Shown in pieces: positions 19,210 through 27,880 of a DNA stretch of 64,000 bases (position 1 is the stretch's first letter; each line of letters starts with the position of its first letter). The translations under genes and the position numbers were made by a program. The notes beneath the pieces are model-generated. The model was given only the letters and a program-made list of their open reading frames with translations. It was not told the DNA's origin and did no database searches. This stretch comes from Syntrophorhabdaceae bacterium (GTDB taxonomy: Bacteria; Desulfobacterota; Syntrophorhabdia; Syntrophorhabdales; Syntrophorhabdaceae): assembly GCA_963665295.1 (NCBI GenBank), contig OY762209.1, positions 3,296,001 to 3,360,000 of the forward strand. The letters are read 5' to 3'.

Positions 19210-19458
19210 TTACGTCGAGTAGTAAGCTTTCTGCTTTATGTGCCGCCTGAAGCAATCGAAGAATTGAGGGTCGCGCTTGGTCATGACTACGGCGGCAACG
19301 TGGACGAAGAGACAAAAAGGAATCACATAGAAGGAGTGGAGACCGATACCGAAGGCCGCGCCGATGGTGCCGTTGAGTATAGCAATAGGCCGTGGCACTC
19401 CTCCCATGAGGATATGCTCGGTGAGAGCCCTGTGAAGTGGTACCTCGTATCCGTCCAT
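19210..19458 (-). CDS. trbD: TrbD (VirB3)
   Basis: PLHRALTE.ILMGGVPR..AI.NGT, KRDPQF. Confidence 0.9.
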   Translation of the reverse strand: MDGYEVPLHRALTEHILMGGVPRPIAILNGTIGAAFGIGLHSFYVIPFCLFVHVAAVVMTKRDPQFFDCFRRHIKQKAYYST

Positions 19459-19461
19459 GGT

Positions 19462-19779
19462 CTACCTCATGAAGCAACCGCCCGCGAAGCCGAAGAAGGA
19501 GAGGCCGAAACTGCTGGCGGAGAAGGCTATGGAGAGACCGAAGACGATGCCGAGGCACTTCCTCATGAGCCCGCCGCCTTCCCCGAAGGCAAGACCAAGA
19601 CCCGTGAGGCAGATAGCGATGACACCGGCTATCTTGGCGACAGGTCCGGAGATGGAATCAAGGATCTTCTGAAGCGGACTCTCCCACGGCAGGCCGGAGC
19701 CTGACGCATGGGCAAAGACGGGCAGTAAGAGCATTACTGCGAGGATCAGGAGAACGGACAAAGCTGGTTGGTGTTTCAT
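19462..19779 (-). CDS. trbC: pilin TrbC (VirB2)
   Basis: AHA-SGSGLPWE.PL..I..SI.GPVA, LAFGE.GG, two hydrophobic helices. Confidence 0.92.
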   Translation of the reverse strand: MKHQPALSVLLILAVMLLLPVFAHASGSGLPWESPLQKILDSISGPVAKIAGVIAICLTGLGLAFGEGGGLMRKCLGIVFGLSIAFSASSFGLSFFGFAGGCFMR

Positions 19780-19791
19780 GGTGGAACCTCC

Positions 19792-20769
19792 TTAGATTAG
19801 AGTGCGGATGGCATATTCGCCATCCGTGAAGCCCGTCACTTCGACGATCTCCTTGACTCGCCTGCTGTGACGGTAACGCTCGATGAAAATAACGATGTTC
19901 ACCGACTCGGCGATAAGGGCCTTCTGCGGTGTGGGTATTGCCTCTTGTATCAATTGCTCAAGGCGCGTGAGTCCTCCTTTTGCGCTGTTTGCGTGGACCG
20001 TGGCGACACCTCCGGGGTGGCCGGTGTTCCAGGCTTTGAGCAGGGTCAGAGCTTCGGGACCTCTGACTTCCCCGACTATAATCCGGTCGGGCCTGAGCCT
20101 CATGGTGGCCTTCAAGAGGTCGTTCATGGAGACATGGGACCGTGATCTCAGGAAGACGGTGTCCGGGGCGGTGCACTGGAGCTCCAGGGTATCCTCGATG
20201 ATGATGCAACGGTCCAGGGTCTTCGAGACTTCATTGAGTACCGCGTTTGCAAGAGTGGTCTTCCCGGAGCCGGTCCCGCCCACGATAAGAATGTTCTGCT
20301 TCCGCTGTACTGCTTCGATGATCTTCTCTTTTTGGGACTCAGAAATGATCCCGTCCTTGACGTAGTCGTCCAAGGTAAAAACCATGAGGGCCTTCTTCCG
20401 GATGGTAAAGACAGGAGTGGAAGTGACAGGGGGCAATATCCCCTGGAAGCGGTTCCCGTTGCCGGGAAGCTCCGCCGATACCATGGGTTGACCGGCGCTG
20501 CATATGGAGCCGGTGGAACTGGCGACAAGCTCTATGACGCGCTGGGCATCTGCGGGGTTGATGGTGTACCCGGTATCCGATCTGCCCGAACCAAGCCGGT
20601 CGACCCATAGGCGGCCATCGGGGTTGAGCATCAGTTCTACTACTGCGGGGTCTTCGAGAAGGGCGGTGATGTGAGCGCCCATTGCGGTGGTAAGCATCTG
20701 CAGCAGGCGGTGGTGGGATGTGTCGCCGTGGAGGTCGCGGACATTTCCACGGGAGGGGGTTCCGGTCAT
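19792..20769 (-). CDS. trbB: P-type conjugative transfer ATPase TrbB (VirB11)
   Basis: EL.LNPDG.LW, GGTGSGKTT, IEDT.EL, RLRPDRIIVGEVRG, WNTGHPGG. Confidence 0.95.
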   Translation of the reverse strand: MTGTPSRGNVRDLHGDTSHHRLLQMLTTAMGAHITALLEDPAVVELMLNPDGRLWVDRLGSGRSDTGYTINPADAQRVIELVASSTGSICSAGQPMVSAELPGNGNRFQGILPPVTSTPVFTIRKKALMVFTLDDYVKDGIISESQKEKIIEAVQRKQNILIVGGTGSGKTTLANAVLNEVSKTLDRCIIIEDTLELQCTAPDTVFLRSRSHVSMNDLLKATMRLRPDRIIVGEVRGPEALTLLKAWNTGHPGGVATVHANSAKGGLTRLEQLIQEAIPTPQKALIAESVNIVIFIERYRHSRRVKEIVEVTGFTDGEYAIRTLI

Positions 20770-21350
20770 TTGGCGTTCTCCTTTCGGTAGTAGGTAACTG
20801 CATTGGAGGGCTGGCATGTGATCATCCGGGTTGATGCCAGACGGGTATCGTGAGTGCCGGGGATATGGTGTGCGCTGCGAGCTCGTTTCAGGATTTTGGC
20901 AATGTAGCGGGTACCGTGATAAGGGGTGCCGGTATTATAAGAGGAAAGGGATTTGAGAAGGGTGACGTCAGGAGGGTCCGAAGGATTCTTCTGTCTGTGG
21001 GTCCGGTAGAAGGCTGCGAGGATCTCCGTTCCCGTCCTGATGTTGAAGCATGGATCGAAGAGGCTGTCGCAGTCGATCCTTTTCTTTCTCAGGTGCCATG
21101 AGTTGATCTGCATCAGGCCTATATCTATCGAGTGGCGGCGGGCAAGCAGTCGGGAGGCGATCTCCACGGCCTGGGAGCGGGTGGAAGGTGTGTACGAGCC
21201 TCCTGTGTCGTTGTCATGGATCGCGAGGGGGTTTCCTCCGCTCTCCACTTCCACGATAGCCTGGGTAGTGGCCGGGTGGACCTCCGGTCCACACGTGCCA
21301 TACAGAGAAGAAAGACCGATGATGCCGCTTAACAGAATTACCTGGATCAC
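20766..21350 (-). CDS. lytic transglycosylase (VirB1/TrbN-like)
   Basis: VESGGNP, GLMQINS, DPCFN, SYNTG. Confidence 0.9.
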   Translation of the reverse strand: MIQVILLSGIIGLSSLYGTCGPEVHPATTQAIVEVESGGNPLAIHDNDTGGSYTPSTRSQAVEIASRLLARRHSIDIGLMQINSWHLRKKRIDCDSLFDPCFNIRTGTEILAAFYRTHRQKNPSDPPDVTLLKSLSSYNTGTPYHGTRYIAKILKRARSAHHIPGTHDTRLASTRMITCQPSNAVTYYRKENAK

Positions 21351-21365
21351 GTGGTACTCTTACCT

Positions 21366-21893
21366 TTAATACGTCCAGACAGGCGACGCTTTACCTTTAA
21401 TGGATGCCATCTCAACAGTGCCGAAGTATCTGCCGTCAAATGAGCGGGGAATATGTGTCGAAAGAGGAAGAAACCTTCCGGGCTCGACCGTGTGGGTGCC
21501 TGTGATTCGGGGAAGCCGGTTGCCTTCGTCGTCCTGGTCATAGACCGGGCCGATATATCGTCCGTTGATGTAGATCGAGCCCTTTTCCACCGAGTACGTC
21601 TCGCCGGGGAGCGCCCCGACATATTTGATGAGGGGCCAGCCCTCAGGGAGCCAGCGGCGGCCATAGATATATCGATGTACCCTTTGAGGCGGATCGAAGA
21701 CGACGAGATCGCCGACAGCAAGGGTAGCAGGCGGGGCCGTCCTGTAAACGCCAAGGGGTACGCTCGGGCTCAGATTCAGATAGTAATACTTCTGGAGCTT
21801 GCTTACGGGAAAGGACAGGAGCAACAATACCGCTCCTGCGGTCATGGTGAAAAGAACTTTACCGCTCACCAAAATTGACCCGCCTTTGCTCAT
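21366..21893 (-). CDS. traF: TraF-like S26 peptidase (pilin maturase); native N-terminus displaced by the IS, current start lies inside the IS end
   Basis: NLSPSVPLGVY (catalytic Ser), LIKYVGALPG (Lys), SFDGRYFG. Codons above 21856 are IS sequence. Confidence 0.85.
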   Translation of the reverse strand: MSKGGSILVSGKVLFTMTAGAVLLLLSFPVSKLQKYYYLNLSPSVPLGVYRTAPPATLAVGDLVVFDPPQRVHRYIYGRRWLPEGWPLIKYVGALPGETYSVEKGSIYINGRYIGPVYDQDDEGNRLPRITGTHTVEPGRFLPLSTHIPRSFDGRYFGTVEMASIKGKASPVWTY

Positions 21894-22015
21894 AAGAACA
21901 GACCCGCCAGCGAGATCAGATCAGTAGTCTCCCTTCCTCCCCCGTTTCAACCATCCTTACGAGGAGTGTGTGCGCCGATGTAGACTATCAAAAACCATAA
22001 AGGGGGTATACGGGT

Positions 22016-22360
22016 GTGGTCACGCGATGCCTTTACTGCGGGAGATACTTTGTTCCTGACCGGCGGGCCAAGGGGAGACAGAAGGCGTGCGCCGATCCCG
22101 GGTGCAAGAAGAAACGGAAGAAGGCCGCCCAGGAGGCATGGCTTCAGAAGAACCCCGGATACTTCCGCGGCCGCTACCCCTATGTGAAGGAGTGGAGAAA
22201 GCAAAGACGCGTGATACAAGACGGGATACCCCGTGCAAAACGGCCCCAGAGGCTCATCTTCATCATCCCGGCGGACATGGTCCCGATGATACAAGACGAG
22301 ATAGTCCTGAAGAGGTCGGGAAAACGGACCTTTACGGGCCATGGGCATATGCGGGCATGA
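22016..22360 (+). CDS. small basic CxxC..CxxxxC (putative zinc-binding) protein inside the IS
   Basis: CLYCGRYF.PD.R...RQKACADPGC, W..KNP.YF; AAGGGGG RBS. Confidence 0.7.
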   Translation: MVTRCLYCGRYFVPDRRAKGRQKACADPGCKKKRKKAAQEAWLQKNPGYFRGRYPYVKEWRKQRRVIQDGIPRAKRPQRLIFIIPADMVPMIQDEIVLKRSGKRTFTGHGHMRA

Positions 22361-22374
22361 TACAAGACACGATG
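22212..22374 (+). repeat. three 17-bp direct repeats TGATACAAGACRVGATR
   Basis: 22212 TGATACAAGACGGGATA; 22287 TGATACAAGACGAGATA; 22358 TGATACAAGACACGATG; periods 75 and 71 bp. Confidence 0.85.
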
Positions 22375-22408
22375 GACCAAGGGGTCCGGGGACGGGTACG
22401 CTCTCTCC

Positions 22409-23416
22409 ATGCAGGAGATCGAGATACGGCAGCTCAACCTCCGCTATGCCCCGACGAGGATCGAGAGGCCGAAACAGAGCCTTGCGCTTATGGACTCCAT
22501 CGAGCGCATAGGCCAGATCGTCCCGGTTGTGGTGATAAAGGAAGGGATGACGCTCATGGACGGCTACCTCAGGGTCAGCGCCCTTATGCGCTTAAGACGC
22601 GACACGGTGATCGTGGAGGTGAGGGACTGCAAGGAGGAGGATGCTCTCGCCGCGCTTCTCTCCCATGGCCGGAAGTGGGATGTGTGGGAGGAGGCGGCCC
22701 TCCTTACGGAGCTTAAGGATCGCAACTTCTCGGAGGAAAGGATCGCCGCGATGGTGGGGCACACCCAGGCCTGGGTCTCCACACGTTTGACTCTGTACCG
22801 CAGCCTCCCCGAAGAGAGTGTGCGTCTGATCCGGACAGGATCGGTCTCCGCCTGGACCGCCATGAGGGTCATCGCGCCCATTGCGCGCGCAATGCCGGAG
22901 CATGGAAAGGTCCTTACGGAGAAGGTCTCCGCAATGTCGCCGTCCACACGGGAGATGGCCCAATTCTTCCATCACTATAAGAAGGCAAACCGGAAGCAGA
23001 GAGACCATATGGTACACCATCCTGCCCTCTTCCTCGCGTCCCTTCACGCCAAAGACGAGGCATCCCGGGCCGGGGCCCTGAGAGGGGGTCCCGAAGGCAG
23101 GTGGTATAAGAATTTACGGATCATCACCCATATGCTCAAAGGGCTCATCAAGGAGGTTCCCATGCTCTTCGCCGGTGTGGGCAACCTCGACCGGCGAGCC
23201 CTTTTGACCGCCTTCGAAGACGGCAGGAGAGAGCTTATGGAGCTCGAAAAGGAGATAGGGAGATATGATTACCGAGGAGATGAGACAGGCTATTTTGAGC
23301 CTCAACGAGCGGGGAGTCCCCGTCCGGCAGATCGGGAAGATACTGCGCATATCCCGGAACACGGTGAAGAGCGCGATCCGGGGAAGGCCGACGCCAAAGA
23401 GGCAGTCTCCCCATGA
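22409..23416 (+). CDS. ParB/RepB/Spo0J-like protein (ParB N-domain plus HTH) inside the IS
   Basis: L.DSI...GQIVPVVV, MDGYLRVSA (GxxRxxA box), HTH EERIAAMVGHTQAWVSTRL. Confidence 0.8.
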   Translation: MQEIEIRQLNLRYAPTRIERPKQSLALMDSIERIGQIVPVVVIKEGMTLMDGYLRVSALMRLRRDTVIVEVRDCKEEDALAALLSHGRKWDVWEEAALLTELKDRNFSEERIAAMVGHTQAWVSTRLTLYRSLPEESVRLIRTGSVSAWTAMRVIAPIARAMPEHGKVLTEKVSAMSPSTREMAQFFHHYKKANRKQRDHMVHHPALFLASLHAKDEASRAGALRGGPEGRWYKNLRIITHMLKGLIKEVPMLFAGVGNLDRRALLTAFEDGRRELMELEKEIGRYDYRGDETGYFEPQRAGSPRPADREDTAHIPEHGEERDPGKADAKEAVSP

Positions 23417-24641
23417 GGACATCCTCCCCCTTGTCCGCGAGGCGTTCACTGCCGTCAAAGGCAACGCGGTGAGGGCTCAGGAGATACTTAAGGACCGGGG
23501 TCATACCGTTCCCTACAGCACGCTCACCCGGATCGTGAGGGGGCTTGACTTAAGAGAACGCAGGAAGCGTGCGGGCGCCTACACCTTTGGTCCCGGCGAG
23601 GAGATGCAGCACGACACCTCTCCCCACCAGGCGATGATGGGAGGGAAGAAGGTCAAGGCCCACTGCGCCGGCCTGGTGCTCGCCTATTCGAGGAAACTCT
23701 TCATTCAGTACTACCCTTCCTTCACCCGCTTTGAGGCGAGGGTCTTCCTCGACTGCGCCTTCCGCTTCATGGACGGGGCCTGCCCCCGCGTAATCATCGA
23801 CAACACGAGCGTCATCGTCGCCCACGGATCGGGCCCCGATGCGGATATCGCCCCCGAGATGGAACGCTTCGGGGCGATCTACTCAACCAGGTTCGTTCCC
23901 CACGCCGTGGGCGACGCGGACAGGAAGGCCCGGATCGAGAGAAACTTTGCGTATGCAGAGAATAACTTCCTCGCCGGCCGCACCTTTATTGACTGGCGCG
24001 ATCTCAATGAGCAGGCGAGAAAATGGTGCGAGGATACGGCCAATAAGAAGATAAAACGTTCTCTCGGCATGAGCCCCGAGGCGGCATACCTCATGGAGAA
24101 GCCCCATCTTGTTCCCCTGCCTCCCTATATCCCTCCCGTGTATCAGACCTTCCACAGAACGGTCGACCTGGAGGGCTACGTGGCGGTCGATACCAACCGT
24201 TACTCCGTGCCGGAACGGTTGACCGGCCAAGAGGTGGAGGTCCACAAGCTATGGGACAGGATCGAAGTTTTCTCCGGGAACAGGAAGATAGCAGATCATA
24301 AGAGGCTCATGGACAGGAGGGAGACCCGCGTCACCGCCGACGGACATCACGCCCCGCTGCACCGCCTGAGGGCCTACGGGGGACCCTCGAACGAAGAGAT
24401 AGCCCTCATGGGCCGGCACGAGTGGCTCGACCGGTTTGTCGAAGAGGTGAAGAAACGTTCGGCGGGCAGAGCCGTGAGACCCCTGCGCAGGCTCCTTGAT
24501 CTCAAGAGGACCTATCCCCCGGAGGCCTTCGAGAAGGCGGTTCTGGAGTCGTACCGCTTCGGCCTTTATGATCTGGCCCGCCTTGAGGGAATCATCCTCT
24601 CCCATGTCGCCGGGGACTTCTTCAACGAGGATGAAGAATGA
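23265..24641 (+). CDS. istA: IS21-family DDE transposase
   Basis: N-terminal HTH (RQIGKILRISRNTVK), PGEEMQHD, L.YSR, IIDN, KARIER, TNRYSVP. Confidence 0.93.
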   Translation: MITEEMRQAILSLNERGVPVRQIGKILRISRNTVKSAIRGRPTPKRQSPHEDILPLVREAFTAVKGNAVRAQEILKDRGHTVPYSTLTRIVRGLDLRERRKRAGAYTFGPGEEMQHDTSPHQAMMGGKKVKAHCAGLVLAYSRKLFIQYYPSFTRFEARVFLDCAFRFMDGACPRVIIDNTSVIVAHGSGPDADIAPEMERFGAIYSTRFVPHAVGDADRKARIERNFAYAENNFLAGRTFIDWRDLNEQARKWCEDTANKKIKRSLGMSPEAAYLMEKPHLVPLPPYIPPVYQTFHRTVDLEGYVAVDTNRYSVPERLTGQEVEVHKLWDRIEVFSGNRKIADHKRLMDRRETRVTADGHHAPLHRLRAYGGPSNEEIALMGRHEWLDRFVEEVKKRSAGRAVRPLRRLLDLKRTYPPEAFEKAVLESYRFGLYDLARLEGIILSHVAGDFFNEDEE

Positions 24642-25384
24642 GCCGGAGACTCCACGAGATGCTCTCCCGGCTGCGCCTGAAGGGGATGGAGCGTGTTCTC
24701 GATGATGAGATCGCACGAGCGGAGAAGGAAGGCGCGCCGGTATCGGAGGTCCTTAATCGCCTCCTCTCCGAAGAGCAGGCCTACCGTCAAAACCAAAGCC
24801 TTCTCTACCGGCTCAAGGGAGCGAAAATACCCTGGGACTTCACCCTCAAGACCTTCCCCTTTGAGAGACAGCCCGGGGTGAGCAAGGCCCGGATCCAGGA
24901 GCTCTCGGGGTTGGCTTTTGTGGAGCGGAAGGAGAACATCGTCTTCATCGGAAACCCCGGCACCGGAAAATCAGGACTCGCCACAGGGCTCCTGCGGCAG
25001 GCCCTGCTCTCAGGATACAGGGGGAGGTTCTACCATGCCCAGGACCTCCTCGACGAACTTTATGCCTCCCTGGCGGATAGGTCCAGCGCAAAGCTCATCA
25101 CGCGACTGTGCCGGTATGACGTACTCTTGATTGACGAGCTGGGATATCTGTCCTTAAAGCCGGAGCAGGTCAACGCATTCTTCAAGCTGATGGGGGAACG
25201 TTACGGGAAGAAATCGACAATCCTTACCACGAATTTAGAGTATCAGGAGTGGTACGACCTCTTCCAGAGAAAGAACCTTGTGGATGCCCTCCTGGACCGC
25301 CTTAACCACTATTGCATCACCATACGCATCAACGGGCCCTCTCTCAGGACGTCCCCTCGTGATAAGGGGAAGACCAAAACCTGA
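24638..25384 (+). CDS. istB: IS21-family AAA+ helper ATPase
   Basis: GNPGTGKS, LLIDELGYL, STILTTN, ALLDRL.H, G.S.R. Confidence 0.95.
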   Translation: MSRRLHEMLSRLRLKGMERVLDDEIARAEKEGAPVSEVLNRLLSEEQAYRQNQSLLYRLKGAKIPWDFTLKTFPFERQPGVSKARIQELSGLAFVERKENIVFIGNPGTGKSGLATGLLRQALLSGYRGRFYHAQDLLDELYASLADRSSAKLITRLCRYDVLLIDELGYLSLKPEQVNAFFKLMGERYGKKSTILTTNLEYQEWYDLFQRKNLVDALLDRLNHYCITIRINGPSLRTSPRDKGKTKT

Positions 25385-25535
25385 ACCAACCGGCATTCCC
25401 TTCCTCGAAGGCGTCGTGCATAGTTCCCCCAACCCGCTACAAGGCCACCTCTCCGCGGCACGCCGGCGATCAGCTGCGCGGTGTGGTGGTCATTCTTTGT
25501 GAGCACGAAAGGGTCAGTTTTTGTGGGCGGCGAGG

Positions 25536-25575
25536 AAAGAATGCAGCGTTGTCGTCTCGATACCAGGCTCGTCAC
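25536..25575 (-). pseudogene. original 5' end of traF (GTG-TSLVSRRQRCIL), separated by the IS
   Basis: RBS AAGGGGG at 25581-25587. Joins in frame to FTMTAGAVLL when the IS and one target copy are removed. Confidence 0.8.
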
Positions 25576-25743
25576 ATCATCCCCCTTCATAAGGTGACGG
25601 AAAAGCATCTGTGCGTCTTGGTGGCGTTATATATTACTGACAATAACGGTAAGCCGATCAGCTTGCAAAGTCAAGAAAAAATTTGCATGTCTTTTAATGA
25701 TGTAATTCGATCATTGCATATCTCCTGCGTTTTCGAGAAGATA

Positions 25744-25947
25744 TCAGCGAGGGATTTTTTGAGGGATTGCAGACTCCACAGTTTTCATATCTTTGTCGAC
25801 CTTGAGGTGAGTCCGGGCCAGGAACCTGAAATACTCGCTGGCGGTCAAATCATGTTCCTTGCAATATTCCACGACCTTGCGTCTTTCTTGTACCGTCAGC
25901 CTTATCGTGCATGAGCATGTGTGTGGTGCAGTTTTTCTTATCCCCAC
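25744..25947 (-). CDS. small ribbon-helix-helix DNA-binding protein (candidate trb regulator)
   Basis: TIRLTVQERRKV...DLTASEYFR; AAAGGAGG RBS, GTG start. Confidence 0.65.
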   Translation of the reverse strand: MGIRKTAPHTCSCTIRLTVQERRKVVEYCKEHDLTASEYFRFLARTHLKVDKDMKTVESAIPQKIPR

Positions 25948-26406
25948 CGCTGACCTCCTTTGCAGTCATACCCTGCTCATATCGCTAAGGTATAAATTTA
26001 TCATGAGTATGCAAAATTGGCTATTCTATTTTAGTCGGATGCCTTAAAAAATAATTAGGAGTCAAGCGACGGTACACCACACTCCCCAAATCCCTCCATA
26101 TCTCAGTTAGAAAACTTTTCGGCAACAGCGGTATCGTTTCAAATGTGCGTGTTCCATCGGTACCCCGACAACATCGGAAATGCTCGTCTTCGGCATACTT
26201 ATGGAGGCGGTATCGGCCCTTCCACTGAATCGCTCCATTAAGGTTTGCCTCAAGGCATCCGGCACGCCGTATCCGTCATGTCCGGGTGCATGGAGGCCCT
26301 ATTCAATTCCGGCCTTTCTTCTTCCTTTTTTCCCTCAGGCTTTGTGAAGGGAAAAAAAGTTTTTTTGAGGGGAAATACCCCTAAATTCCTGCCAAGGAGG
26401 GCCGGT

Positions 26407-26736
26407 ATGAGCGATGAAGGTATCCGTGAATATCTCACAATCCAGCAGGTGGCTGATTACTTAAGCATTAAGCCAAGCAGCCTCTATTCGAAGATCGCCG
26501 AGATACCCCATTACAGGATCGGACGTTTGTTGAGATTCAGGAAGGGGGAGATTGATGCATGGATTGAAACGAAGAGAGAAGACATGCCCCAAATCAAAAG
26601 AACGAGGCCCAGCAAGAGGAATATTCCCGATGTCGATAAAATCGTGAGAAGGGCGATTGACGCCGCCAAGGGCACGGGATATAATTCTTCAGGGAAATCA
26701 GACCATAGTATCAAGGGCCTCGGAAAGGAGAGATGA
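26407..26736 (+). CDS. excisionase-like HTH protein
   Basis: [46 protein letters not shown]; directly before the integrase. Confidence 0.88.
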   Translation: MSDEGIREYLTIQQVADYLSIKPSSLYSKIAEIPHYRIGRLLRFRKGEIDAWIETKREDMPQIKRTRPSKRNIPDVDKIVRRAIDAAKGTGYNSSGKSDHSIKGLGKER

Positions 26737-26737
26737 A

Positions 26738-27865
26738 ATGGGTTTGTATAAAAGAGGCCAGACATGGTGGATCAGTTTCAGTTATAAAGGCAGACAGGTA
26801 AGGCATTCCACGGAAACGGATGACAAGAAATTGGCGGAGAAGATTCATCACAAGGTGGTGATGGAAGTGATCGAGGGGAAGTATTTCTCCTCGCCGGTTG
26901 AAGACGGGACCTTTCAGGAATTGGCCGAGGATCTCTTAAGCGATTACAGGATCAATCTCAGGAAGTCGCTTTGGAGGGCACAGATAAGCATCAGGCACTT
27001 GAAGGAATCTTTCGAAGATGCGGCGGCGAAAGATATCACCTCGTCCTCCATAAAGGATTACATCGTGAAGAGACTGAAGGAGGGAGCCGGGAACGCCACG
27101 ATAAACAGGGAATTGTCCGCCCTCAAGAGGATGTTCACCATCGCAGCGGGTCAGACACCGCCGAAGGTCTCACAGGTGCCGAAGATACCGAAGCTCAAGG
27201 AGAATAACATAAGGACCGGCTATTTTGAGTATGACGAGTATATGAGACTGAAAAATGTCCTACCCGATTACCTGAAGCCAGTGTTCACCATGGGCTATTT
27301 CACCGGGATGAGAAAGGAAGAAATCCTTTCTCTCACCTGGAGGCAGGTGAACGTGTTCGACAAGAAGGTCACCCTTGACGCGGGCACCACGAAGAATGAC
27401 GAAGCGAGAATTATCTACCTTGCCGGGGAGCTCTATGAGACCATCCTGAGCCAAAAGAAGATAAGGGATATCCATTACCCTGAATGTCCTTATGTGTTCT
27501 TCAAGGATGGGGTCAGGATCGGGGAGTTTCGTAAGACTTGGAAGAACGCGTGCAAATCGGCAAAGATCGAGGTCAGGCTTTTCCACGATCTCCGAAGAAC
27601 AGCCGTAAGGAACATGGTGAAGGCCGGGATACCCGAGAAGGTGGCCATGAAGATCTCGGGACACAAAACGAGGTCCGTCTTCGACAGATACAACATAGTG
27701 AACGAGGACGATCTGAGGCACGCCTGCGAGAGCGTATCGAGACTCCATGAGGCCACGAGACGCGAAATGGGGCGGGTCCAAGAGGCCGGTTATCACAATT
27801 TTATCACAATACCGTTGGAGCAAAGGTCCAACGGTAGGGGTGTAGGCTCACAAGTGATTGATTAA
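26738..27865 (+). CDS. tyrosine recombinase/integrase
   Basis: MGLYKRG..WW arm domain, TINREL, TGMRKEE, TKN, HDLRRT, ISGHKT, RY. Confidence 0.95.
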   Translation: MGLYKRGQTWWISFSYKGRQVRHSTETDDKKLAEKIHHKVVMEVIEGKYFSSPVEDGTFQELAEDLLSDYRINLRKSLWRAQISIRHLKESFEDAAAKDITSSSIKDYIVKRLKEGAGNATINRELSALKRMFTIAAGQTPPKVSQVPKIPKLKENNIRTGYFEYDEYMRLKNVLPDYLKPVFTMGYFTGMRKEEILSLTWRQVNVFDKKVTLDAGTTKNDEARIIYLAGELYETILSQKKIRDIHYPECPYVFFKDGVRIGEFRKTWKNACKSAKIEVRLFHDLRRTAVRNMVKAGIPEKVAMKISGHKTRSVFDRYNIVNEDDLRHACESVSRLHEATRREMGRVQEAGYHNFITIPLEQRSNGRGVGSQVID

Positions 27866-27880
27866 ACAGATATTTTAGAG

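Larger units (their letters stand above)
21857..25535 (+). mobile_element. IS21-family insertion sequence, 3679 bp, with two passenger genes
   Basis: AAAGAA duplicated at 21851-21856 and 25536-25541. About 50-bp imperfect terminal IRs, each with two GC(T/C)CA..AA...GACC units 24 bp apart (21864/21888; 25487-25504/25511-25528). Excision restores the traF frame. Confidence 0.92.

Noticed and set aside
22212..22374. Repeat trio as a CRISPR mini-array
   Set aside because: Repeats are only 17 bp and non-palindromic, spacers are 54-58 bp and protein-coding, and there are no cas genes.
21848..25545. Alternative TG..CA ends for the IS
   Set aside because: Offsets to the IRs are unequal, there is no flanking duplication, and it conflicts with the AAAGAA duplication that restores traF.
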